A stretch of DNA of 64,000 bases from Camelus ferus (Eukaryota), in the NCBI RefSeq assembly GCF_009834535.1, contig NC_045697.1, positions 111,788,001 to 111,852,000 on the forward strand, given 5' to 3'. Both the position numbers and the translations under genes were made by a program. Below the pieces are notes generated by a model. The model worked only from the letters and a program-made list of their open reading frames with translations, was not told where the DNA came from and did no database searches. Each line of letters opens with the position of its first letter. Position 1 is the first letter of the stretch. Positions 1 to 13,375 of this stretch are shown piece by piece.

Positions 1-749
1 TTAAATTAGTGTTTCCGTACAGATTTCAAATGGGTCCTCCCTTCCCCCTATAGTTACCTCCCCTAACCCACTTTCTAGACTCAGGCCGTGGAGTGAAAAG
101 AACAGCGTTGGGGGGCACTTTCGCGGTCCAAGTTACAAACATAGGCCGACTATTCTGACTACCATCTCCTACTCCATGTCATGAATCCCTCAACAATACA
201 GCATTCTAAACTCAAATATAACCTTCCGACCTCCCATTTCAAGCACTGCAAGCCCTTCTCCTTACTGTAAGAACAGCAAGATCCGGAGTACACGGCCATC
301 CGGCCCCTACTCTCATTTCCCGGGCCCACGCATCTCTCACACCACAAGTCACAGTTCGGATTTCCCATTCATTTTTCTCAACCTTTGGTTAATGACACTA
401 GAATGTACGGTTCAGGGTCTGAATGCTTCCCTATTTCTCCTCAAAACTGATTACTTATTCTATTCTTGGAGCTGCTGAAAAGTGTTGGCGAGTGTGAGCT
501 CCATAAATATCAGGTATGTGAAGCATCATCTAAAGTCACTAGTATTTATTGTCACAATAAATACCTGTGACTTTAGATGATGTTTAACATACCAGAGCCT
601 CCACCCTCTCACCTGCTGAAAAGAAGACAACCTCCTGGACACAACAGTGCGGAGTACCGGATGGCTCAACCCGCCTGGGTGGAGAGCCTCCCCTAATTCC
701 CCACAGTAATGCCTCTGAGGCCTGCCACCTCCCAAACCTCCGTCCAGGT

Positions 750-1150
750 CAGTCTCTGTCACTGTGCGCCGTCCGCCACGCCCCCCCGCCCCCCCAGTCT
801 GAGGAGACCCCGCGGTCCGGCGCCGGGAGACGCCCAGCAAGCCCCGCTCAGCGAAGCCCCCCTCGGCCCTTCCTCTCGCCCTCCCGGCTCACCTGGAGCG
901 CGTGGCTCGACCCTCTCAGGCCAGCGAATATGAGGAGCCTCCAGGCGTGGGCCCAGGGCGCAGGCTTCGCGCCACGAGCGGCCGGTCTCGCGAAATGGCG
1001 CGCACTGGGCGCGCGGTGATTGGCGGTTCCCCCAGAAGTGGGCGGGGATGGGCCTGCGCATGCTCAGTGACGGGGCGGGAGCACAAGGAGGAGCGCCTGA
1101 GCTTGGGGAATGCGGTGGAGGACATTTCCAAAGTGGTCGGGCCAACGTTG
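750..1150 (-). promoter_or_regulatory. CpG-island promoter with probable minus-strand non-coding first exon
   Basis: CpG-dense; TCTCGCGAAA (~986-995, BANP/ZBTB33-like), ATTGG CCAAT box (~1019), GGGCGGGG GC box (~1040), TGCGCATGCT NRF1-like (~1055). Minus-strand donors CAG|GTGAG near 892 and 612. Confidence 0.65.
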
Positions 1151-1772
1151 ACTTCTGCCGATCATCTAGTTCCCTGTGGGGACTTTTCACATTGTTATTG
1201 CTTCGAGTCCCATGAGCAAGCTGAGGGTCAAAGTAAGGTTGGGGTAGTTGTGAAAAGCGTCACCGCCACCTCCCGTCTAACCGCTTCTGGTGGCCTGCGG
1301 TCGCAGGACGCAGCAGGGGAGGGGTGGTTTTGTTTCAGAAAGTGAAGAACAGTCTCCTGCCGGATCCGTTGCCTCAGGCTGGGTGACTGGGTGGGTCTGC
1401 CCCTGCCCTATATACAGTGTGTCCCACCTGGACCCGGGCTCCCTGAGGCCTCTCCTGAGGAAATAATATTTAAGGTGGAATTTAAGGAAAGAATGTGAAT
1501 TAGATGGACAAACTTAAGGGTAAAGTCTTAAAGGCTGAAGCACTTGTAATTGAAAAGCTTCTTGGCTCTAGTGACTTCATGCCTGTGGGACTGAAAGAGG
1601 CTATTATTTGCAGGAGAAATATTAAAATTTGCATATCACTTTTCTGTTGAAATCGTAGTGCTGGATTCCCAGAGTAGCCTATTGTTCTGTGATCTGATAT
1701 TTAGTGGAAGAATAGGACTCAGTTAGGGAGAGCCATTGTGTGTTATTGCAGCTTCGTTGATAGGCGTGATAC

Positions 1773-2550
1773 TGTGATTCATAAGAACTGTGTATTTACT
1801 CATTCAGATGACTAAAATAAATATTTCTCACATATATTTAACCTTCATCCATGGTTTCTGGGTTATAGCTCCAAGGATCCTTGGAATTCCCTGAGTAATT
1901 GGAGCATCTATTGTTATAATTTTTGGTCACATGCCTTCAATTCCTGAACGATTCAGAGTCCGAGGTGACATGGGTGTCTTGTTATTCACAAGCAGCTCCT
2001 CCCCACCACTGCTGGGTCTATGTTAATAAAGTGACTTTTGGAAATTCCCTGAAGGGGGTGGGCATCTGCCTGCTGGTTGCCTGGGGAATGAACTGTGAAT
2101 AACACTTGTTTTGAACTGCTCTGCCAGACCCGAACTCCACAAGGACAGAAACTCCCTTGTTTGGGGCCTGGCCCTGTGTTTGCATTCACCTGGCTGTTGA
2201 TTCATATCCTTTAATGTCCTTTGTGATAAACTGGTAATCTAGTGAGTAAAGTGGTTTCCTAAATTCTGTGATCTACTTTAACAAATTAATTGAACCCAAG
2301 GTGGGGGTTGTGGGAACCTCTGATGTATAGCCATTTATAGGTCAGAAGCGAAGGTAGCAACCTGGATTTGGAATGAGTGCCTGAGGTAGGAGGCAGTTTT
2401 AACGGATTGGGCCTTAATCGGTGGAATCTGATGCTGTCTCCAGTAGACGATGTCGGAATTGAGTTGAATTGTAGGAAATCCAGTTGGTGTCAAGAGCACT
2501 GCTTGACAGTGTGGGGAAAATTGCCCCCCTGTTGAAACTGGCACTGGAAT
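1773..2550 (+). mobile_element. MER21-like LTR
   Basis: Recognisable MER21-type segments (ccttggaattccctgagt..., gggaacctctgatgtatagcc..., gaattgagttgaattgtagga..ccagttggtgtc). Confidence 0.65.
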
Positions 2551-2914
2551 CATCTCCACGGGGACAGGGAACTATCTGTCTGTGAGGCCCCTGTTTCGGG
2601 AAAGATAAAGGGTGAATTGGACAAAATGAGAGCAGCGTTGTTGTTAAAGCAGAGGGAACCTACTGGAAAGGTCAGTCATGGGCAAAAAAGAGACTGGCTG
2701 CAGAAGCAGGTTGGAATGGAGGCCAGAGCACTTTAGGCCATGTTGAATTTTGCACTTAGTCCAAGAGCAATAAAAAACTATTGAAACTAAGTCCCCCTGA
2801 AACCAAGTTCCTCTGCTGAGTTTATGATTAACTTCTCTATCCAAAATGTTATTCTCTTTCTTGTCCAACACATGTTCCCTTCAGGATTGAGGCATAGCAA
2901 AGAAAAGGGGGGTT

Positions 2915-3471
2915 TGAAACCAAGCAGGACCATGTGGGGCCCTCCCAGGTACAAAAGCCTTTCTGGGTACCTTATTTCTTGTCTGTAGAAAATGGTTTCA
3001 GCCTCATAGATCTTTCCTGAGTTCCAAGGAGTGGATTCAAGCTCCTACTGATTAGGGAAGTGAGGGAATGCAGAAACAAAGGGAAAATAGTAAAGAAACA
3101 ATAGTGCAGCGATAACAGAGTCCTAGTTCCTCTTCAAGGAATATACATACCAATATATTTTGAGTTCTGCGGAACTAAGGCCCCCACCCAGGTGGAGGAT
3201 GGTAACTGTGGGCTGAGCACCAGATTTCTAGAACACCACCCTGTTACCTCACCATCAACCAATCAGAAGAAAGTCATGCATCCTGCAGTCCTCACCCCAA
3301 ATTTTGCCTATAAAAACTTCCCCAAAAACCAAGGGGGAGTTTGGGTCTTTTGAGAAGTTGCCCATTTTCCTTGCAAGGGCCTTGCAATAAACCTTTCTCT
3401 GCTCCAAACTCTGAACTTCAGTTTGTTTGGCCTCACTGTGCATCAGGCACTTGGACTTGGGTTTGATAACA
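2915..3471 (+). mobile_element. ERV1-type solo LTR
   Basis: TG...CA termini, TATAAAA (~3309) and AATAAA (~3387); shares ctgttacctcaccatca.ccaatcag with the LTR at 14033-14696. Confidence 0.7.
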
Positions 3472-3550
3472 CTATTGCAATGTTTGAAAGACAAATGATA
3501 GAATGATCAGGATTGCTGGGTAAAAGGAGATGGTTTACTAGAACCCAAAG

Positions 3551-4049
3551 TGTGGGCCGTGCCAACTGGAAATTGTCATCTGCCACCTGGTTCTGTACGA
3601 CTGAAGTCATGAGCCACTGCAGTCACTGACCTTCACCATGCCCTGAAAGGGGTTTAGGGTGGAGATCAGGAATGAGGTACTCTATGCTCTGAGAAAAACT
3701 GGCAAAACAGGCCTTCAGGTGGTTAGATATTTTTGGAAGATTTTATGAGCCCAATGTCTTGCATCTTCTCATGTTTAGAAAAGCACAAGCACGTAAGTCA
3801 CGTATAGAGACGTCTGCTCCTCACGACTAGCAGTAACCTTGTGATAAGCAGGAATCTTCTGCCAAAATGTGTGCTTCATTGTACGTATCCCCCCTTCACC
3901 AAAATCACGTATATACTGACCTCCCCACTTACCTCTTCAGAGCAATTCCTCAGAGCTATCTGAGGGGCTGTCCACCAGGCTATAATCCCGATTTTGCCCC
4001 AAATTAAACTTAACTCACTACTCTAACATTGTGCACTTTTTTTATAACA
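3551..4049 (+). mobile_element. ERV-type solo LTR
   Basis: TG start, ATTAAA signal near 4003 and ...ataaca end; LTR-like organisation. Confidence 0.5.
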
Positions 4050-6400
4050 CTTGGGAAAAAGTTATTGGAAATACAGAGGTAGACCTGATGCCAACTTTGG
4101 ATGATCTCTTGGACTGCATAGATTGAATTCAGTTGGCTACACTATCTTGACTCACTGTGGTGTGGGAGATGATAAATATTTACGGTTAGTGGTTTATTGA
4201 AGGGCTTAACTTGGTATGGGGTAAACATGAATGAATGTAATCCCATATTTTATTACTGGGATTCCCCTATAAGCCTGTATCTGTTACCATCTAATCCAGT
4301 CCTTTAAATTTTATCAAAATTACCCCAAATACTTGTAAAAATTCTGAGACCTAGAAGTCACCTTAGAGCTAGTTTGTCGTAAGTGGGGATTCCCTAGTAA
4401 GGGATGAGTTTTTGATGAGAAGACCAGAAGACAAGAAGGATTAGAGTTCTTGAGAGCCCACTAGATAAGTAACTCTAAGCCCCATAAAATGCATTTTATT
4501 TAATTCTTACAACAAGTGTGAATATTTATACATGGTCAGGCTGAAACTCAAGAAAGGTTGAATATCACTTAAATAATTGATTAAATTTCATTGATAAGAA
4601 TTTTAACAGAAAAATCTTTATAACAATGCCCAGTGAAACATAGTCATTATGCCACAATTACTTTTTCAGAATTCATTATGAGTTTATGGTGATCACTTTC
4701 ATTTTTGGGGAACAGAATTCTTAAAAACCTACATGGTCCATTCATGCTTTTGTCCAACATCTACCTTTTAGGAATGGGTGTGTGAATCAGATTGCTCAGA
4801 TCACAGGTCAAATATATAAATAAGAAATCTCTGGATTGTAGCATTGTATTTATAGACCTCGAGAATCATAACATTTGCACTCAGAATTAGATATTCTTTA
4901 AATGGTTTTCTTTTCTGCTGAACATCCATCTTTTTCAATTATAAGAAAAAGACTGCTTATGTTTCCAAGTTTTCCTCTAGCATTTTGTGTGTGTGTGTTT
5001 ATGTAACTTTCAATCTCTTAAGTATCCTAAAATTGTTTTTTTGCATATATAAACACAGAATCTTTTTTCTAACAAATTAAATGTGTTCTGCAACTTGCCT
5101 TTTCACTTAGTGATATATCTTACAAATTGTTTAATATCCGTGCATATTAATATACTGCACTTTTTGGAAACCGTTTGTTCCTTGTTCCCTTGCCTAAATA
5201 AGAAATGTTGATAGGACAGTATTTGTATTGTATCCTTTGTCTGTATCACTGTTACATAATTTTTTCCTTCCCCAATGCTTTTATTTAAAATCTAATTCTG
5301 AGAAGTTGGGATTTTAAAAGTATTTTCACCACTTTTACATGATATGTGATAAAGTGATTTTAGAGAACATTCTATTTTAGATCTGTATATTTACATTTTA
5401 ATTATATTTCATTTTAATAACATAGTCTTCAAAAATATTTATTTTTTTCTTTTCCATGTTAGCAGGATACATGATGCCTGTTGCTTTACATTTTTATGAA
5501 TAATTATTTCCTGGTAAATAAAGTAACAAAAAACCCAGAATCATAATGGATTTAGGGAAAGAATAAAAAATAAACTGCCTGTATTAAAACAGATCACAAC
5601 TGCATCCATGATCTGATATTTAATGATATTTATATTCGATTTTTAAAATACAGTTAGTTGTGTAATTTAAAATGACAAAATAAGAATCTTCCAGGATGCT
5701 ATTTGGAAACTATTTTTAGTAAATAACAGGGTTCGGTTTTTTTGTAACAAGTCTGTATTTTCAAAGAAAAAATGGGAATGGTTATATTTTTGCTTTAAAA
5801 AGAAGTCTTCTTTCTTATTAATTTGAAAGAAATTTGAAAACAAAGTTCTGAGAATAGACAATTATAATATTTCGTAATATGTCTAAGTCTCCTTAAAAAA
5901 AAAAGACATGAAACATCACAGATAAAGATAATTGGATATCTGTACTCATAGAAATTGTGTTTAACGTGTATAAATTAATACATTCACATATACATATCTA
6001 TAAGGTATGTAATCTTTATATATTTGTATTAAATTACGTATGGTATGGTATCACACTATATACTTACACATTGTTTTTTCTGTCAACATTTTGTTTGAGA
6101 GCGTGGGAGAGATGATGGTGACTTGAAAAGTTAGTATCACTAGAGATATGGCAGTTGAGTACAATGTCTATGCTTGTATATTTTAACTTTTTATTATGGA
6201 AAATTTGCAAAATGTAGCAAAGTGTAGAAATGGTATAATAGACCCCCCCATAGACCTGTCACACAGCTTCAACAATTAACATGATCAATATTTTTTTTAA
6301 TCAATTCCATGCCCTTTCCACCTTCCCTAAAACATTTTGATGTAGACTTCAAAAATCATTATCATTTCATCTGTTAAGTACTTTATTTAATTTTATTTTT

Positions 6401-6493
6401 GGGGGGAGGGTATAGCCTAGTGGTTAAGGGCCTGCCTAGCATGCTTGAGGTCCTGGCTTCAATCCCTAGCACCTCCATAAAAAAAGAAAAAAA
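6401..6493 (+). mobile_element. tRNA-derived SINE (camelid Vic-1-like)
   Basis: gggagggtatagcctagtggt A-box, ggcttcaatccc B-box, A-rich tail. Confidence 0.8.
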
Positions 6494-6513
6494 TTTTTAT
6501 TTTTAATTTTTTG

Positions 6514-6598
6514 AGGGGGAGAGATAAATAGGTTTATTTATTTATGTATTTGTAGAGGAGGTACTGGGGATTGAACCCAGGACCTCATGCATGCTAAA
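6514..6598 (-). mobile_element. tRNA-derived SINE, partial
   Basis: Reverse-strand B-box (ggggattgaacccaggacctc) and (ttta)n tail. Confidence 0.75.
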
Positions 6599-7689
6599 TG
6601 ACAAAATAGCCCTGTGACCTTGCATAAACTGCCCTTTCTAGGGCTCACTATCCTCTTCCCTATTTTGAGATAATGATCACTACTTCACAGGCTGCATTGA
6701 AAATCCATTGTTTAGGTGAAACATTTGACACAGTGCATGTAACCTAGTTAATAACTCAGTAAATGGAAGGTATTTTTAGATAACAAATTGAAGACAAAAT
6801 ATTAGGGAAATAGTAAAGAAGAGGAGAGGACAGCCTACAAGCTTTCCAAAAAACATTGTTTGTAATACAGCTCATTTAGATATATACCCAAGTTTGCAAC
6901 ACATTTTAAAATATAACGAACTACATGGACAATCTCCTGAATAAAAAGAGAAACAGACATTTCTTATTATTTCACAGAAGAGATTGCAAATACTCTTCAG
7001 AAATTTTTAAAATCTCTGCCACACCAAATTGTTTTAAACCAAGTGTTCCAAGAGGCTTATCTATACTCACGCCAAGTTAAAAGAGAAGGTGAGTGTAGAT
7101 ATCCTTGAAACCTGTGTCCCTGAAAGAGTGGGGGAATCAAGCAACCAGTCCCCAATGACACGTGTAGTCTGAAATCAGACCTGGAATCCAACCTACATGA
7201 TATTCAAGCACATGGAACCCTGTGCCTGCTTGGTCTTCCCCCAATCTCAATTTATCTCAGTTTGGGAGAGGAGAGGTGGGGTAAGAAGTGGGGACAGGGA
7301 AGAAGAAGATGGACTGGATTGGAAAAGAAAGGAGACAGGTTTGTGATAATTGTGAGGAGGAAGAAAGAAGGCACTGGAAGAATCTGAGAGCTTGGAGATG
7401 GAACAAATATTAAAGAAGAGAGTAAGAGAAGCTGGCTCAGCTAGAATGGAGCAGAGATAGTGAATTCAAAAATTGTTTGTAAGGGATGATTTAATTATAA
7501 AATATTTTTGTCATATATAATAATAGAGAGAATATTATAATGACCTGATACACCAAGAATCCAGCTGCTCTGAAATTGTAAACTTTTGTCCTACCTTTAG
7601 TCCTACCAACTTCTTGCCATTATTTTGAAGGAAATTCTTAGATACAATATGACTGCATTCATAAAATATTTCATTATGTATTTCTTTAA

Positions 7690-7865
7690 AAAAAATTATT
7701 GAAGTGTAGTTGATTTACAATGTTAGTTTCAGATATACAGCAAAGTGATTCAGTTATATATGTATTTTTTCTTTTCAGATTCTTTTCCACCATATGCTAT
7801 TACAAGAAATTGAATGTAGTTCCCTGTTCTATACAGTAGGTCCTTGCTGTTTATCTATTTTGTGT
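7690..7865 (-). mobile_element. L1 3'-end fragment
   Basis: ttgaagtgtagttgatttacaat...caaagtgattcagttatata; reverse complement of the L1 end at ~35000-35080. Confidence 0.75.
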
Positions 7866-7935
7866 CATTATGTGTTTCTAAAGGAGACTTTTCAGGAGGG
7901 AGGGTATAGCTGAGTGGTAGAGTGCCTGCCTAGTG

Positions 7936-9460
7936 TGGTATCTCTGACAAACTTCCCCAAACCAAATTCTAAATGAGTCAAACATTTAACCATGCCATTT
8001 AAAGTCATTGTCATTTATAGATAGATATTGTTTTATTCTGATGCTTTTAACCAAAAAAAAAAAAAACCTTAAGATTCATAGAAAGGATTTTTTCGATGAA
8101 CGTAGGTTTCTGATAACTTTCAGATCATAATACTGAACTGGGTAAGAAATTACAGAACTCTAATGGAAAAATAGATGGCTTCATAAAACTAACAAAAGAT
8201 CAAAATCGACAAGAATTAATTCCACAGGACTGAATGAACTAATGAATATGATTATAATATTTATGACATTTTGTCTGAAAGATTACTGGCTTTTTAACTT
8301 TTCCAGATATAAGGAAACCTTTCCTCTTAAGCTAACCATGATTTACAGCAATTTGGTAAATTATACTTTTGCAAATAGAATTGAAACACTTATCTTTTTC
8401 TCCCTACCTTATTGCTCCAGAATATGGAATCTCTTAGTGAGTATTCTTATATTCATGGCAATATATTTATGTACACGAGTTCACTAAGAATCTGTTTTCC
8501 TTGTAACAGGACATAATTGAAAACATTGGTTATATTACCAAGGCTTGACTGAAATGCCATATTTGAGAATGTGCATTGAATCAGTTATGACCAGGCAGCT
8601 TTAACGAACAGAGATTGACTTTATGGGGTCGTTAAGCCCCTTGGAAGAACAGCCTGGTACCTTGCTACCAGGGTTCCCAGCAGCCTTACCAGGTGAGGAA
8701 GGAAAGACTTCCTGGCAGGTGCAGGAACCTCAGGATATTTTGGAGACCTTGAGAGGAATTTGCCCAAATCTATACGTACTACAGGCAAGTCTGATGACAA
8801 GTCTTTTGCTTGGCCTCCTGGCCTCAAGAGGCATTTAAAGTTCAGTTTAGAGATTCCTTATGAAAACTTCCAGCAAAGTAGATATCAACAAGCCTATGTG
8901 GTCAATTGCTATTTTTGCTGGACTTACATAAATAATCAGGCCAAGATTGATGAAACTAAACTGATTATGCAAACAAATTACTCTTACTTTGGCTATCATT
9001 GGTAAAAAGGAAGGTGACTTTAGAGAGAAGAAAAGTTCCAATAAAAACTATCATGTACAATTGTGAATATTAAATTCTAGTTCTGTGAAATGTCTTTGTT
9101 TTTAAGGTTTTGTTTTTCAGTCCATAAACTGGACTGGACCCTAAATTCTAGTTTCCGCAAATACTTGGCTATAACTAATGTTTCCAGTTTTTCTCCCACT
9201 ATTGACTTGGAATCATTGAGATCTAAAGCTGCCTTTTTCCGGAAGCCCTGCAAACGGAGGTTGAATGACTTGATATAACCCTAAGAGCCATGAGCACAAT
9301 AGGCCATTCCAGTGAGTCACTCAGTGTTCCTGGGTCTCTTCTATGTACACTTGTTATTAAACCTTGTTTGATTTTTCTCCTTTAACCTGTCTCATGGCAA
9401 TTTAATTCCTAGACAGCCAGAAGAACTTAGAAAAGTAAAGGGAATATTCTTCCTTCTCAA
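7936..9460 (+). mobile_element. Non-coding ERV1 (MER4/MER34-group-like) internal fragment plus LTR piece
   Basis: Colinear similarity to 22950-24330 (e.g. ttcccagcagcctt.ccaggtga...gcaggaacctca.gatatttt); LTR-like end at 9290-9460. Confidence 0.65.
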
Positions 9461-9692
9461 CAAAATAAATTATACAACAGTAACAAAAAAGGATGCTTGT
9501 AAATCAACTATTTCAATGTAAAAAAGAGGGGGTGCTGATTGGCTTTTGTTCCTCGCCAACCTAGATGCAGTTTTAACTCCAGCGTCTGCTGGAGTGTAAC
9601 AATTAGAAAATGATCGTGAACTTAACCAGTACTGGGCCTCAGGTTTATTACACATGGAGATCCCATTACATTTAAAGAGGAGACCGTTAAAA

Positions 9693-10235
9693 TTGTTGAG
9701 ACCAAGAGCAGGCTGCCAGAGAGTATACCTCAACGGCATATTGATTATTTTGGATGAAGTTTACTTAAGATACAAGAGGGACACTCTGACCATCCTTTCT
9801 TTCTCCCTGAAAACTGGAAGTAAATCTCCCTGGGAAAAGTGCGCTCCCTGCGTCTGGAGCTGGAAGGGCACCCTCATCTCCAGAGACAGGGAATTCGGGC
9901 AGAGAAGCCTGAATAAGCAAACCATGTCACTTCTTAATTTACTACCTCAAGCCCAAACTCTGTTTAAAGCCTCGCTAACTAAACCCCCTAAAGCTTAATT
10001 TTCTTAAGTTTCTTTGTCCTGTCAATTCCTCACAAATTCATTATATTTTTGTCTAAAAAGTGTAAAAGGTGCCTTTTTTGGCCGTTTGTTAGGTTCCATT
10101 CCTATGAGACCTCCGTGCACGTGAATTAAAATTTGTTTCCTTTTCTCCTGTTAGTGTGTTTAGTGTCAATTTTATTATTAGTCTAACCATAAGAGCTCAA
10201 GATGGGTAGAGGGAGAAATTTCCCTCCCCCAGAAA
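9693..10235 (+). mobile_element. ERV1 LTR (MER34/MER39-like)
   Basis: TG start, ATTAAA, ...gggtagagggagaaatttccctcccc end typical of this LTR group. Confidence 0.55.
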
Positions 10236-10269
10236 TCTTAGTGATGTCCGTGAATTTAACATACAGGTC

Positions 10270-11330
10270 ACTGTCTGGCCGCCCTTCCGCCAGGAGGGTA
10301 CCACCATGTTCTCTTGGGGGGCGGGGGGCGTCGTGGGGCTCTCGGCCTGGGCTGTGCAGCTGCAGTGGATCCAAGTTCAAAATACGGCAACCTTGAAAGA
10401 TATTACCAGGTGACTAAAGTTGATCAAAAACATGCAGAAAATTACCAACTGTATGAAAATGGTAGCAGGAGCAAAATAAGCCCGAGCTGAGAGGGAGCTG
10501 AAACCAGCCGAGTGCAGGGAGTAGGATCCTTGGCTCTGCGTGCAAAGGCTGACGTAAAAGCGCCTGAAGACAAGAAGAAACACCTCCTCATCGGTGTGTC
10601 CTCAGACTCGGGGCTTTGTGGTGCTGTTCACTCCTCGGCTGCTAAACAGATAAAGCGTGAGGTGGCCAACCTCCCAGCAGCTGGGAAAGAAGTGAAGATT
10701 GTTGGCGCTGGTGACAAAATCAGGGGTCTACTTCACAGGACTCAATCTGACCAGTTTCTGGTGACGTTAAAGAAGTGGGAAGATGCATCAGTCATCACCC
10801 TTGAATCGTTAGATCCTGGATATGAATTTGATGAAGGGTCTGTCATCTTAAACCAGTTCAGGTCTGTCGTCTCCTACAAGACAGAAGAAAAGCCCCATCT
10901 TTTACATTGATGCCACCGCAAGTGCTGAGAGCAGGCGTGTCTATGACGACACTGTGCTGACACGCAGCAGAACTCCCAGGGGTACAGCCTGGCCGTCGTC
11001 TGCTACTCGCCAGCGAGCAGACCGCCAGGATGATGGCCGTGGACAGCGCCAGCAGGGACACTTCTGAGATAGTTGACAAATTGACTTTGACATTCAGTCG
11101 TACCCGCCAAGCTGTCATCACAAAGGAGTTGATTGAAATCGGCTCTCGTGCTGCAGCTCTGGATTAATGAAAATCAAGTTTCATCCTCAGACAAGGGGTA
11201 AAGAAGAAAAATTCAGCCAGCTGGTTCTGTTTTTAGCTTACTGCTGTCCTTGTCGGAAGAAATTGTCGGTCCAGTGTTTGAATTACTAAAGACAGCAAGA
11301 TATTTGTAAATTATCTTGCAATAAGCCACT
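10270..11330 (+). pseudogene. ATP5F1C: Processed pseudogene of mitochondrial ATP synthase F1 gamma subunit
   Basis: Kozak ATG at 10306 (MFS...GLSAW...[16 protein letters not shown]), [56 protein letters not shown] (TAA 11165-11167). Intronless, with a premature TGA at 10411, frameshifts and small deletions; 3' UTR follows. Confidence 0.96.
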
Positions 11331-11399
11331 CACCATAAGAAAATAAATTGACGAAATACAGTTCAAAGAGATAAGCCTCATCTTAACCTTCAGAACAAT

Positions 11400-13080
11400 T
11401 ACCTTGCCCAAATTCCCATAAGCACAGGGTACGTGGCCCTAAATATTTCAGAGAAGGTATGATTGCTCTGACCTGATGTAATAAATTAAAATTTAATTGA
11501 TTTTTTGGAGATTACTAATTCGCTTCACTAATGGGACCCCATGGGTGCTCCTACACCCAGTGAAAATAGATAATGTCACTAAATGTTAATTAAAACAGAG
11601 CATTCAAGTTTGAAACCCATAATGCAAGACTTATTTAGAGTAGAAGTGGTTAGCCTGACTTCTCCAGATAACCCCAATTTGATCCGTTCTTAGACTTGAA
11701 AAGAGGGAATGGAATCTCACAGTGCATGACCACAACCTAAATGCTGTGTTCTCACCCAATGTTGTCTACTTCCTGCTTCCATTCAACCAGCAGTTGGTAA
11801 ATATTTGGCTGTTATAGATTTGGCCCATATGTTCTGTTCAGGGCTTATTTCAACAGCTTCCCAGCCATAAATTTCCTTCACCTCCAGAGGGAAACCACGC
11901 ACCTCTACCTGGCTATCCCAGCACCTCAACAGCCTTGCCTTGGCCCATGTCTTTGCAGGCAAAATCTAAACTGCAATCAACTTCTCCAGAGGCACAAATA
12001 TGACTTACCTTGTTGATATCATCCCCCACAGAGATCAATTTGAAAAACTCAGGACGCACAAAGGAGTTTACAGCAGGGGAATGAGTCATCGCCCCACACA
12101 TATTGCAAGGTCCTCCTACTTTGTTGAAACTCTTGAAAATTATTTGGTAACTGAGGGCAGCTTTGTCCTAGACACTGTCAGGAGATAGCTAGTGACCCTT
12201 TCCGCACCCAGAACGTGAAAACAAGCCCAACATCTTCTAGGACTTTTTGGGTTCTGAAGGCAACATATTCCTCATTATAAATTTTACTTCAGGCTGTTTA
12301 TGATGTTACTTGGGGATCAACCCACGTTGAATGGGACTGCCACCATGAAAAGGCTCTAGACACTGTCTAGGCTGGAATCCCATTAGTGCCCCAGGGACAT
12401 CTTCTCTGTGGGGCTTCAGCAACTGCCTCATACTTCCTGGAGACTCTGGACCACTGTGACAGCCACAGGTTCCCCTGGGCTCCTGGTGCTGCACCCTGAC
12501 CTGCTTGGATATGTGCCGTGGCCGTTGTCGACGTAACCCTCCATCCCAGCCGCCCACAGTGCCTTAAATTATGGGCCAGAAGCCCACCAGCACACCACAG
12601 CTACCCAGACCACCTTGCTACCAAACGGAGCCAACCCCAGACCCTCTGGCACATCACCCCTGCAGGAGGGATGGTCTTTCCTCTTCTCAGTTGCTACTTT
12701 GCATCATGCTGTGGTATTAAAGGAGGTCACCCCTCCCAGACTGCTTGGTTAGCAGGGAGCTGCTTGGGGCCACTTGAGGGAACAGCAGTGAGCGTTCCTA
12801 TACTGCATGGATGGTACCACCTCGGTCACACATAATGAGCTCAGGGGAGATTTGTTGCTTTTCACTCTTTTACAGGACTGTTACTGACAAGTGATGGAAC
12901 CCAAGGATCAGTATAATTGGCTGAACCTCAGACAGTCATTCTAGCACACATTTAACCAATAATCAGCCCACATGCACATTTTTACAGACTCTGGGGCCAT
13001 TGCCTGTAAAGAGTTGCCCCCTCCAGGTCAAGAGATCTGACTTCACAGATACTCAAGATATCAGTCAGTGTCACAGAGAC
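11400..13080 (+). mobile_element. Degenerate class III (ERVL-like) pol remnant
   Basis: Broken RT motifs: AVIDLAHMFCS (~11810), TYLVDII (decayed YxDD, ~12003), QHLLGLFGF*RQHIPH (~12230-12275). Confidence 0.75.
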
Positions 13081-13199
13081 CTCTACAGGTACCACAGCCT
13101 GAATGCAAGTCCTCCCCTGGGCACTCTTCTTCCCCTATGGAGTTTCAGACATTCCTGATGGTGACCAAAGACTCATTTCCCTTCTGGGAGTACACCATG

Positions 13200-13375
13200 C
13201 TGAATTCCTGAACAAGGCATTTGCTGGAACTTCCTACCAGATGCATCAGCTGGAAATTTGTTAGAAATGCAAGTTGCCAGTCCTCACTGCAGACCTGATG
13301 AATCCAGAATCTCTGGGCTTGACCCAGCAATCTGTTTTCAGTAGCCCTCCAGGGAATTCTGACTCTGGCTCAACT
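13200..13375 (+). mobile_element. MER5A-like hAT DNA transposon fossil
   Basis: tttgttagaaatgcaa...cagacctgatgaatccagaatctctggg...cccagcaatctgttt. Confidence 0.7.

Noticed and set aside
6401..6493. tRNA gene candidates
   Set aside because: A/B boxes come with A-rich tails, and several copies have TSDs: these are SINEs, not tRNAs.
10512..10910. 132-aa ATP synthase gamma-like ORF as a functional gene
   Set aside because: Fragment of a retrocopy with upstream stops, no ATG start and internal deletions.
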